DNA of 64,000 nucleotides from NCBI GenBank assembly GCA_003599195.1, contig QZIZ01000113.1, forward strand, positions 6,705 to 70,704, given 5' to 3'. The notes beneath the pieces are model-generated. The model did not search any database. It was not told the DNA's origin and was given only the letters and a program-made list of their open reading frames with translations. This document shows, piece after piece, positions 18,194-27,913 of the stretch (position 1 is the stretch's first letter; every line of letters begins with the position of its first letter). Both the position numbers and the translations under genes were made by a program. This DNA is from Deltaproteobacteria bacterium (lineage in GTDB: Bacteria; Desulfobacterota; Desulfobaccia; Desulfobaccales; 0-14-0-80-60-11).

Positions 18194-20626
18194 ATGACTA
18201 ATCCTTCTCTAACCCGCCCCGCTCGTATCGTTCTCCTCCTGGAAAATCTAACCTTCGGGGGCACCCAGCGCCAGACCCTGGAGCTGGCCCGGGGTCTTAA
18301 CCGGCGGCGCTTTCAGCCGGAAATCTGGACCCTGGCCGCGGGAGACGACCTGGAACCTTTGGCCCGGGAATGGGGGATTCCCGTGGTGCGCTTTTCACAC
18401 CATCGAAAGCCGGGGCCGGTGGACCTGATCCGGGTCTGGCTGCGCCTCCGCCGCAACCCGCCGGACCTGCTGATGACCTTAACGGCCCTGCCCAATATCT
18501 GGGGCCGGATTCTGGGGCGTTGCTCCCGGCTGCCGCTGCTGGTGGGAAACGTTCGGGGGCTTAACCACCGGGACCAGCATGAGCGTTGGCTCTGGCCTCT
18601 GGCTGGTCATATTATTTGTAATGCCAATAAGTTAAAGAACATTCTTAACAGCGCTTGTAAGATTCCCCTCGACCGGATCACCGTCATTCCCAACGGCGTG
18701 GACACCGATTTCTTTCAGCCCGAAGGTCCCGCGGCCGGCCGGAAGCCGGTGATCCTCTGCGTGGCCAGGCTGGCGCCGGTGAAGGACCATGCTACCCTCA
18801 TCCGTGCCTTCGGCCTCGTGCTCCGGGACCACCCGGAAGCGGAACTGTGGCTGGTGGGGGATGGCCCATTGGAGCAGACTCTCAGGGAATCGGTTAAACA
18901 AACCCTCCCTCCCGGACGGGTGCGGTTCCTGCCGGGGCGGCCGGACGTACGGCCGTTACTGGAGGAAGCCGCTCTTTTAGTCCTCAGTTCCCGGCAGGAG
19001 GCCTTTCCCAATGTGATTCTCGAAGCCATGGCCATGGGCCTGCCGGTGGCGGCCACCGAGGTGGGGGGCATCCCGGAGATGGTGTTCCACGGGGAGACCG
19101 GCTGGCTCGCTCCTCCCGGAAATCCCCCTGCGCTGGCCGCGGCCATGTCCCAACTGCTGGGCGATCCGGAGACCAGGCTCGCCTTTGGCCGGGCCGCCAG
19201 GCAGCGGGTGGAGCGGCATTTTTCCCTGGCCACCATGGTGCGCGGCCATGAAGAGGTCTTTGAGAAGCTGCTGGCGCAAAGGGCGTCGGGCCGGGGTTTT
19301 CATCCGCAGAAGAAGCCAACCCCGGCGTTTAAGGATGCGGTTAGCCCGGCTGTTTCGCCCGCAGGTACTTCCTTGTCACCGGTTTCAGCACCAGACACGG
19401 CCAGCCCCCGGGTGGCTTACCTCCTCCTCTGGTTTCCCGAGCCCTCCCAGACCTTCATCCTGGACGAGGTGAATACCCTCTGCCGCCTGGGTCTGGAAGT
19501 GAAGGTCTATACACTTTATGGTCCCCGTCCTTCACAACGGTTGGCGGGCATGGCCCCGGCACTGGCGCCGGTGGAGAGGCTGGGAATCGCCTCATTGGGG
19601 ACTCTGGTCCTGGATTTGCTGCGCCTGCTCCGGGACCGGCGGCCCCTGGCCCGGCGGGTCCTGGCGGAAACTTTAGTCCGGAAATGGCGGCGTCTGGAGA
19701 CCGCGGGCGAAGCCCTGTGGGCGACCCTGGCCGGGCTGCACCTGGGAAAACGCTTGCAGGCCGCAGGTTTTCAACATCTCCATGCGCCCTGGGCGGACGG
19801 CCCGGCCACCGCGGCCTGGGTGGCCTCCCGCTTGAGCGGCATCCCCTTCAGCTGCGCGGCCCATGCCCGGGATATCTATCCACCGGACGGGGCTTTAAGG
19901 GAAAAACTTGCGGCCGCGAGCTTTATCCGGGCTATTTCCCGGATCAACCGGGACTTTCTGGCGGCTTGCGAGCCGGCCGCGGCCGATAAAATCGCAGTCA
20001 TCCACTTGGGCGCGCCTTTAAAGCTCCGGCCCGGGCCCCGGCGGCCTCCCCGCGCCCCCTATCAGCTCCTGAGCATCGGCCGCATGGTGCCCAAGAAGGG
20101 TTTCCCTATTCTCTTGGAGGCCTGCCGGGAATTGGCCGCCCGGGGGGTGGATTTTCATCTGATCCTGGCCGGAGACGGCTCCCAGCGCCGGGAACTGGTG
20201 GAGTTGGCTCAAGGATACGGCTTATCCGGCCGGGTCCATTTCCCCGGGTTCGTCCCCCACGGACAGGTGCCCCGCCTGTTCCTGCGGGCCGACCTGTTCA
20301 TCATGCCCAGCATCATCGCTCCCTCCGGCGACCGGGACGGTATTCCCACGGTGATCATGGAGGCCCTGGCCCATGAAGTGCCGGTGGTCTCCACCTGTGT
20401 CTCCGGCATCCCGGAAATCGTCCTGCCGGGCAAGACCGGCTGGCTGGCGCCGCCGGGAGACGCTAAAGCCCTGGCCGGGGCCGTCATGGAAGCCCTGTCA
20501 GACCCCGAAGAGGCCCGCCGCCGGGGCCGGGCCGGGAAGGAACTGGTGGCCCGGGAATTCGATTCGGAGAAGAATTACGGGAGATTGAAGGAGTTGTTGG
20601 AAAAACATTCTCGAAAGCGGGATTGA
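18194..20626 (+). CDS. Fused double glycosyltransferase (two GT4/GT-B modules)
   Basis: 810 aa with two E-x7-E regions: EAFPNVILEAMAMGLPVAATEVGGIPEM and DGIPTVIMEALAHEVPVVSTCVSGIPEI. A Pro/Ala-rich linker separates them at about residues 360-400. Confidence 0.85.
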   Translation: MTNPSLTRPARIVLLLENLTFGGTQRQTLELARGLNRRRFQPEIWTLAAGDDLEPLAREWGIPVVRFSHHRKPGPVDLIRVWLRLRRNPPDLLMTLTALPNIWGRILGRCSRLPLLVGNVRGLNHRDQHERWLWPLAGHIICNANKLKNILNSACKIPLDRITVIPNGVDTDFFQPEGPAAGRKPVILCVARLAPVKDHATLIRAFGLVLRDHPEAELWLVGDGPLEQTLRESVKQTLPPGRVRFLPGRPDVRPLLEEAALLVLSSRQEAFPNVILEAMAMGLPVAATEVGGIPEMVFHGETGWLAPPGNPPALAAAMSQLLGDPETRLAFGRAARQRVERHFSLATMVRGHEEVFEKLLAQRASGRGFHPQKKPTPAFKDAVSPAVSPAGTSLSPVSAPDTASPRVAYLLLWFPEPSQTFILDEVNTLCRLGLEVKVYTLYGPRPSQRLAGMAPALAPVERLGIASLGTLVLDLLRLLRDRRPLARRVLAETLVRKWRRLETAGEALWATLAGLHLGKRLQAAGFQHLHAPWADGPATAAWVASRLSGIPFSCAAHARDIYPPDGALREKLAAASFIRAISRINRDFLAACEPAAADKIAVIHLGAPLKLRPGPRRPPRAPYQLLSIGRMVPKKGFPILLEACRELAARGVDFHLILAGDGSQRRELVELAQGYGLSGRVHFPGFVPHGQVPRLFLRADLFIMPSIIAPSGDRDGIPTVIMEALAHEVPVVSTCVSGIPEIVLPGKTGWLAPPGDAKALAGAVMEALSDPEEARRRGRAGKELVAREFDSEKNYGRLKELLEKHSRKRD

Positions 20627-20635
20627 AAACCTGAT

Positions 20636-20843
20636 TTTTATCTCACGCCAAGACGCAAAGGCGCAAAAAAGATTAACCGCAGAGGCGCAGAGGACACAGA
20701 GTTCCACAGAGAAGAGATTATTGGTTTGGCGCCGGGTGCCAAACCAAAAATATTATCTCTGTGTATCTCTGCGCTCTCTGCGTCTCTGCGGTTAAATATT
20801 TCTTGTGACTTAGCGTCTTAGCGTCTTTGCGTGAGATAAAAAG
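20636..20843. repeat. Three-layer nested palindrome (~208 nt): CGCAAAG arms, CGCAGAG/CACAGAG arms, central hairpin ttggtttggcgccgggtgccaaaccaa
   Basis: Left is tctcacgccaagacgcaaaggcgcaa...accgcagaggcgcagaggacacagag. Right is ctctgtgtatctctgcgctctctgcgtctctgcggt...ttagcgtcttagcgtctttgcgtgaga. Confidence 0.95.
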
Positions 20844-20848
20844 GGTTT

Positions 20849-21907
20849 CTAATAGTCCAGCTTTTTCTCCTGGACAAAAAACTCCACCTGCCGGAAAATC
20901 TCTTCATTGCCGCAAAAATTGTGCGCCCGGATGCGGCTCCGGAATTCCTCCAACCTGGATTCGAATTCCGGAATCATTTCGGGGTCCAGATGCGAGGCCG
21001 CGGTGATCCCCCGGCCATAACCCAGGCGTTCGATATAAAAGGCATTCAGAAACTGCTCGAACGCCCCCTTGATGGGAAAAGAAATCACCGGTTTGCCGTA
21101 ATACAGGGCCTCGGAGATCATCGAATGGCCGCCGCCGCAGACCACGTAGGCGCAGGAGGAAAGGTCGTCCAGGAAACCTTCCTCGGACTTGGGCTTATAC
21201 AGAATATTGCCTTCCCTACCCTCCTTCGGCACCCCATAGACGATCACGGGCCTGGTCAGAGCCTCCACAAAGGCCATGAATTTGCTGAAGTCGGTGATAT
21301 AGCTCTGGTACACCAGGACGTGGCCGCGGTCTTCAGGCTGCCGGGCCAGGACCGTGTCCCGGAGGAGCGGCGGGAGGATTTTCGCCCTTAAGCCCGGTTG
21401 CACCGGGGGCTGGAAAAAGGAGATCACCAGGTAGTCCGTGGCCCGGCTGAACAGGAGCCGCACCGCCAGGCTGGTGGCCAGGTAGCTGGGGTACTCCCCC
21501 CAAGGCAGGGGATGGCTGCACGCGGTGATGACGTGCTGGTGGTCGATGGAGAGGCAGGGGACGCCTAATTTCCGGCAGGCCCGGGGCAGGAAAAATTCGT
21601 AATCGCTGATCACCGCGTCCGGCTGAAAATCCTCCATCAGCTTCAGGACCCGGCGCATGATGGCCCGGCGGTTCCAGAAGACCGGAAGGTTCATCTTCAT
21701 GGTGGCGCAAGTGTCCACCCGGTGCCTGGTAAACACCGTCCCCAGGCTGGGGATGTCCACCGCCGGGAACTCCCGCTCTAAAATCGCCGGCCCCGCCTCG
21801 TGGCTGACAAAGAGAAACTCGTGCTCCGGGAACCGCCGGGCAATGCTCAAAGCCCGGATCGCATGCCCGTGCGCGGTGCCGTGGACGGCGTAGAGGATTT
21901 TGGCCAT
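20849..21907 (-). CDS. GT-B glycosyltransferase (MurG/MGT-like, MJ1255-type)
   Basis: I place the start at ATG 21907 (MAKILYAVHGTAHGHAIRAL). The C-terminal CGGGHSMISEALYYGKPVISFP is typical of GT28-like C-domains. The track's N-terminal extension to 22006 is repeat-derived. Confidence 0.8.
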   Translation of the reverse strand: MAKILYAVHGTAHGHAIRALSIARRFPEHEFLFVSHEAGPAILEREFPAVDIPSLGTVFTRHRVDTCATMKMNLPVFWNRRAIMRRVLKLMEDFQPDAVISDYEFFLPRACRKLGVPCLSIDHQHVITACSHPLPWGEYPSYLATSLAVRLLFSRATDYLVISFFQPPVQPGLRAKILPPLLRDTVLARQPEDRGHVLVYQSYITDFSKFMAFVEALTRPVIVYGVPKEGREGNILYKPKSEEGFLDDLSSCAYVVCGGGHSMISEALYYGKPVISFPIKGAFEQFLNAFYIERLGYGRGITAASHLDPEMIPEFESRLEEFRSRIRAHNFCGNEEIFRQVEFFVQEKKLDY

Positions 21908-22075
21908 ATGTTTTGTGGGGGGAGGGGCCAGGGACCCGTAGGGCGGGCGTCCCCGTCCGCCTTTTGTCCTCTGCTCCTCCCCCAAACCCCCCTCCCCAAC
22001 CCGCATGAATTAAAAATATGGTGCGCATTGCGCACCATAGATGATAAAAAATAATATTAGAAAATTGATATTATT

Positions 22076-22759
22076 TTAGTGCCATGTAGAAGGTAAGATA
22101 ATAACGGCTGCAACTAGTTTGAAGCATATTTCTCCGCGCAGGGGCCCCCCAAGACTAATTGTAAATAAAACTCTCTGTTCCTTCTTCAAGCCAATTTGTT
22201 CTGATGAATAGATTCCATGAGTAAATGGTTTGAGTTTATCTTCCCAAAGGGGATCGGTCACAACCAAATCATAATGAACTCCATTTAATAAAAACCATGC
22301 CCTGGTTTGACGATTACCTGTATAAGATGTTGTTATTTGCCATCTTACATTAATAGGAAATATAAGAGTTAAAGATGCCTTTGCAGGTGTTATTGTAAAT
22401 TCTTCTACTTTAATGCGGTCAGATGTATCCCCAAATAATTCTGGTCCAACATTAATATACTGATTAAGGAGATAGCTATATTTATCTTCGGCTGGTCTCT
22501 GGATCAAGCTCCAAGGCTTAGCTCCGACGAGCCAGTTTTCTGGTTGGTAAGGTTTTGGTACCGGAGTCTGTAAGTGAATCCTCAAAATATCTAAGAGCAT
22601 TGGATCAGTATTATTTTCAAGCACATAATGCCTTCGGCTTAACGCACCATCTTTAGTAACAGGTCTGATCCAACCCTCTCCTTTTGTTCTCAAACCTGCT
22701 ATGCATCTGCCTGACGGTTTTCTGGAATTAGCTAAACAAATTATTTCAAAACCAGGCAC
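22076..22759 (-). CDS. Hypothetical protein (227 aa), N-terminal Cys pair; no family recognised with confidence
   Basis: Sequence MPGFEIICLANSRKPSGRCIAGLRTKGEGWIRPV... AT-rich codon usage. Lies 11 nt downstream of the DUF488 gene. A nucleic-acid-binding (OB-like) fold is only a guess. Confidence 0.7.
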   Translation of the reverse strand: MPGFEIICLANSRKPSGRCIAGLRTKGEGWIRPVTKDGALSRRHYVLENNTDPMLLDILRIHLQTPVPKPYQPENWLVGAKPWSLIQRPAEDKYSYLLNQYINVGPELFGDTSDRIKVEEFTITPAKASLTLIFPINVRWQITTSYTGNRQTRAWFLLNGVHYDLVVTDPLWEDKLKPFTHGIYSSEQIGLKKEQRVLFTISLGGPLRGEICFKLVAAVIILPSTWH

Positions 22760-22770
22760 ATTCTATCTCC

Positions 22771-23208
22771 CTATAAATTAATTATCTCTATTTCACCCCA
22801 TTTATGTTTTAGATACTCCAAAACGAGCCGTCTATGGCAATATTCTGAAGTTGGTTCACTGCATAATAATACGGTAGGAATTTCAAAGATATCAGGCTTG
22901 ATCTTTTCTTCAATTTTCCTTTCTGAAAGTAATTTAATAAAACTTCTTTCGTATTCCCTCCAATCGCCTTTATTTTTCTTATATTCATTTAGTATATTCT
23001 CTGTTGGAGCAAGTAATATTTCATGAATATAATCAGCACCACATAATTCCTTAAGAAAATATTTAAGATCATCACTTTTAGCAAAACCGGATAACTGAGA
23101 AGAGTTATTCAATCGTATATCAATTAGTCTTTTAATCCTATTCTTCCGCAGTATTCCAAAAAAGTCTGCTGCTTTCTTTTTTGTAAATCCTATTGTAAAT
23201 ATTTTCAT
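22771..23208 (-). CDS. DUF488 family protein (paralogue B)
   Basis: IFTIGFTKK...RLIDIRL near the N-terminus and VLLCSEPTSEYCHRRLV near the C-terminus. These match the DUF488 hallmarks (TIGhs...DvR, and llC.E..p..CHR). Confidence 0.8.
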   Translation of the reverse strand: MKIFTIGFTKKKAADFFGILRKNRIKRLIDIRLNNSSQLSGFAKSDDLKYFLKELCGADYIHEILLAPTENILNEYKKNKGDWREYERSFIKLLSERKIEEKIKPDIFEIPTVLLCSEPTSEYCHRRLVLEYLKHKWGEIEIINL

Positions 23209-23224
23209 AATATTGTCCCTTTAT

Positions 23225-23758
23225 TTAAAATAGCGATAATTGTCGCTCGCTATCGCTTTCTATTTCAGGTTTCAACTGATTCTGTGTTTCTAATTCTCCA
23301 TTACCTCGTATGTGATTAACGATAACGCCATTTGCCGCAAGAGTGCGGCCTACTAATAGATAACGATGACATCTATCTGGATTCTCTTCGCTGCACATTA
23401 GTGCAATACGGAATTTTTGAAGACCTTCTTCAATTCTGGCAAGCGCTTCCCTAAAAAATTGTGATTCTGCAAGAGTAGAATAGATTATGTTGCCATTGAT
23501 ATCATAAAATTCTTTTCCTTCTGGCCTTCCCCCCAATTCCCTCCCCAAATATAAGTATTTTATATTATAAGCTTTAACTGCTTTTTTAAGATTATTTATA
23601 TCAAATTGTGGAGCATATTTTGAGTAAGGGTGAGAGCGAATATCAACTAAAACATCAATATGATATTTATTCAATAGCTGAATAAATATAGATAGTTGGT
23701 GGTTTGAATGACCAATTGTAAAAATGACTTTTGAGAAATTGTCTTTAAAATTTGACAT
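23225..23758 (-). CDS. DUF488 family protein (paralogue A)
   Basis: Motifs VIFTIGHSNHQL...VLVDIRSHPYSKYAPQF, YLYLGRELGG and ALMCSEENPDRCHRYLLV. Confidence 0.8.
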   Translation of the reverse strand: MSNFKDNFSKVIFTIGHSNHQLSIFIQLLNKYHIDVLVDIRSHPYSKYAPQFDINNLKKAVKAYNIKYLYLGRELGGRPEGKEFYDINGNIIYSTLAESQFFREALARIEEGLQKFRIALMCSEENPDRCHRYLLVGRTLAANGVIVNHIRGNGELETQNQLKPEIESDSERQLSLF

Positions 23759-23818
23759 ACAGTCTATGCCCTCAGCTCAATTGCTCAGGTTTAATATTTA
23801 TTTAAAAATATCCCGAAA

Positions 23819-23941
23819 TCAATATATCTTTTCCAAAGTGACGAAGAATCTTTCAGTCGCGTGGTAGGCATTTCCAAGATTAGTAACCCTCAAGCTGGCC
23901 AGCATACCCACGGTCTTGCCTCCCAAAATCCGAGGTGGCAT
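23819..23941 (-). pseudogene. Low-GC remnant of a ribD 3' end (last ~40 codons)
   Basis: The minus-strand translation is MPPRILGGKTVGMLASLRVTNLGNAYHATERFFVTLEKIY*. It aligns with the intact RibD C-terminus APKILGGKTAPGMLAGAGAKHLGNALQAKDLQVNKLGPDLLVTGYL*. A stop codon lies immediately upstream. Confidence 0.75.
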
Positions 23942-23974
23942 TATCTAAACGTTTATTCTAATAGTACAACATCC

Positions 23975-25102
<1,128 letters not shown>

Positions 25103-25112
25103 AAAAAGACTT

Positions 25113-25232
25113 AACCACAGAGACACAGAGAGCACGGAGTTTCACAGAGGAGAAATATTTTAATTTAGGCGGGGAACCCGCCTAAATTAAAAAAATTCTC
25201 TGTGATTCTCTGTGTCCTCTGTGTCTCTGTGG
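25113..25232. repeat. Nested palindromic element, CACAGAG family, central hairpin aggcgggg-aa-cccgcct
   Basis: Left arm is ccacagagacacagagagcacggagtttcacagagg. Right arm is ctctgtgattctctgtgtcctctgtgtctctgtgg. Near-identical to the copy at 34102-34217. Confidence 0.95.
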
Positions 25233-25240
25233 TAAATTTT

Positions 25241-25708
25241 TTATTTCTCTCCTTCCCGGCTCGCCAGGAGCTTGCGGATTTCCTCCATGAAGTCCGTGGC
25301 GTCGGTGAAGTGGCGGTACACGGAGGCAAAGCGCACGAAGGCCACTTCGTCCCATTGCCGCAGCTGGTTCATCACCTTTTCGCCGATCCAGGAGGAGGGA
25401 ATTTCCCGCTGGCTGCTCTCCAGCATCTCCCGCTCCAGCTGGTCGAGAAAGTTTTCGATGGCGTCGATGGAGACCGGGCGCTTCTCGCAGGCCTTTTTGA
25501 TGCCCTCCGCGATCTTGGGCCGCTGATATGACTCACGGCGGCCGTCTTTCTTGATGATCAGGGGCATGGTCTCTTCCACCTGTTCATAGGTGGTGAACCG
25601 CCGCGCGCAGTTGAGGCACTCACGCCGCCGGCGGATGGCGTTGGCCTCGCGGCTCGGGCGGGAGTCGATCACCTTGTTGTTGGTGCTGTGGCAGTAAGGG
25701 CAGCGCAT
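25241..25708 (-). CDS. nrdR: Transcriptional repressor NrdR
   Basis: MRCPYCHSTNNKVIDSR...CLNCARRFTTYE zinc ribbon followed by an ATP-cone. Confidence 0.95.
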   Translation of the reverse strand: MRCPYCHSTNNKVIDSRPSREANAIRRRRECLNCARRFTTYEQVEETMPLIIKKDGRRESYQRPKIAEGIKKACEKRPVSIDAIENFLDQLEREMLESSQREIPSSWIGEKVMNQLRQWDEVAFVRFASVYRHFTDATDFMEEIRKLLASREGEK

Positions 25709-25726
25709 GGGATTATCTTATAACAT

Positions 25727-25930
<204 letters not shown>

Positions 25931-25934
<4 letters not shown>

Positions 25935-27187
25935 TCTATCTTCCATTCGTCCGCAAACATGGGGAACTGGACACAAAAATCCTTGACCCGGGCCTGCAGC
26001 CGTTCCAACAAGGCGGTGTCCTTGGAATTGCTCAAGGCCTGGTGCATCAAGTCGGCGATCACGGCCATCTCCCCTTCTTTCATGCCCCGGGTGGTCAGGG
26101 CCGGGGTCCCCACCCGGATGCCGCTGGTGACCTTGGGGGGACGGGGATCGAAGGGGATGGCGTTTTTATTCACGGTAATGCCCGCGTGGTTCAGGGCGTC
26201 TTCCGCTTCCTGGCCGGTGAGGTCGGTGGCGGAGAGGTCCACCAGGATCAGGTGGGTGTCGGTGCCCCCGGCTACCAAACGGTAGCCCCGCTGCAGGAAC
26301 TCCCGGGCCAAGGTCCGGGAATTTTTCACCACCTGTTCCTGGTAGAGCCTGAATTTGGGAGCCAAAGCCTCTTTGAAGGCCACGGCCTTGGCCGCGATGA
26401 TGTGCATCAAAGGGCCGCCCTGCATGCCGGGAAAGATCTGGCTGTCCAGGGCTTTGCCGTATTGTTCCTTTGCCAAAATCAAACCGCCCCGGGGACCCCG
26501 GAGGGTCTTGTGAGTGGTGGAGGTGACGAAATCGGCCACGGACACGGGGTCCGGGTGCAGGCCCACGGCCACCAGCCCGGCGATATGGGCGATGTCCACC
26601 ATGAGATACGCCCCCACCTCCCGGGCGATGTCCGCGAACTTGGAAAAATCCATGGCCTTGGGATAGGCGCTGGCCCCGGCGATGATCATCTTGGGGCGGT
26701 GCTCCCGGGCCAATTCCCGCACCGCGTCGAAATCGATCTGTTCGTGCTCCCGGTCCACCCCGTAATTCACGGCTTTGAAGAGGCGGCCGGAAAAGTTCAC
26801 GCTGGCGCCGTGGCTTAAGTGTCCCCCATGGGCCAAATTCATGCCCATGATGGTGTCGCCCACCTGGAGGTAGGTAAAATAAATGGCCATGTTGGCCTGG
26901 GTGCCGGAATGGGGCTGGACGTTGGCGTAGGAAGCCCCGAAGAGTTCCTTCACCCGGCTCAACGCCAGGTTTTCAGCAGTGTCCACGTATTCGCAGCCGC
27001 CGTAATAGCGGCGGCCCGGATATCCTTCCGCGTACTTGTGGGTGAGGATGGACCCCTGGGCCTCCATCACCGCGGCGCTGACAAAGTTTTCGGACGCGAT
27101 CATCTCCAGTTTTTGGAGTTGCCGCTGCCGCTCCCGTTCGATGACCGCGTAGATTTCCGGGTCGGTATGTGCCAAATCGTCTCTCAT
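25931..27187 (-). CDS. glyA: Serine hydroxymethyltransferase
   Basis: 418 aa. PLP-lysine context [12 protein letters not shown], plus [15 protein letters not shown]. Confidence 0.97.
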
Positions 27188-27690
27188 GCCTTATCCGCTG
27201 GAGGACAGGCCTCCCGGGCCAGTTGTTCCAATAGGTCCAGCCGTTCCTGGTGCCGGCCGCCGTCAAAGGGGGTGTTCAGCCAGGTCCGGACGATCTCTTT
27301 AGCCAGATCGGGGCCGATGACCCGCCCGCCCATGACCAGGAGATTGGAGTCATTGTGGCGGCGGCTCATGATGGCGGTGAACATATCGTGGCACAGCGCA
27401 GCCCTGATGCCCGGGAAGCGGTTGGCCACGATGCTCATCCCCAACCCCGTGCCGCAGATCAGTATGCCCCGCGCCTTGGGGCGGGCCAAGAGCGCGTCCA
27501 CCACTTTTTTTCCGTATAGGGGGTAGTGGACGGACTCCTCCGGGGAAGCGCAACCCAGGTCAGAAACCTGCACCTTGAGTTCCCCCAGCAGCTTGATTAC
27601 TACCGTTTTCAGGCTGTGACCGGCGTGATCGCAGGCGACTGCGATCACCTCCGGATCAGCTGGCCCGGGCCTGGATGAAGCTGATGACAT
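27184..27690 (-). CDS. rpiB: Ribose-5-phosphate isomerase B
   Basis: [10 protein letters not shown] and [14 protein letters not shown] motifs. The ATG at 27690 overlaps acpP by 35 nt. An alternative GTG at 27648 would remove the overlap. Has a 4-nt overlap with glyA. Confidence 0.88.
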   Translation of the reverse strand: MSSASSRPGPADPEVIAVACDHAGHSLKTVVIKLLGELKVQVSDLGCASPEESVHYPLYGKKVVDALLARPKARGILICGTGLGMSIVANRFPGIRAALCHDMFTAIMSRRHNDSNLLVMGGRVIGPDLAKEIVRTWLNTPFDGGRHQERLDLLEQLAREACPPADKA

Positions 27691-27898
27691 CCTGGACGGT
27701 CCTCAATTTTTCCGCTTCTTCGTCCGCGATTTCAAAACCGAACTCTTCTTCCATGGCCATGATCAATTCCACCAGGTCCAGGGAATCGGCCCCCAGATCA
27801 TCCACGAATACAGCTTCGGGAGTCACTTCGGACCGTTCCACACCCAATTTGTCCACAATGATGTCAATCACCTTCTCTTCGTTTGCGCCCATGGGCAC
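27656..27898 (-). CDS. acpP: Acyl carrier protein
   Basis: 80 aa. Phosphopantetheine site [20 protein letters not shown]. Confidence 0.95.
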   Translation of the reverse strand: MPMGANEEKVIDIIVDKLGVERSEVTPEAVFVDDLGADSLDLVELIMAMEEEFGFEIADEEAEKLRTVQDVISFIQARAS

Positions 27899-27913
27899 GA
27901 ACCTCCTTTGGTC

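Larger units (their letters stand above)
22030..23960. other. Low-GC genomic island (putatively horizontally acquired)
   Basis: Hand-counted 60-nt lines inside the island give 28-43% GC. A line in adjacent ribD gives about 68%. The island holds three co-directional genes plus a ribD 3' remnant. No integrase or tRNA is present. Confidence 0.65.

Noticed and set aside
22030-23960. Classifying the low-GC island as an integrative element with its own integration machinery
   Set aside because: No integrase, recombinase, transposase, tRNA target or direct-repeat att pair is visible. Only the ribD 3' remnant hints at how it arrived.
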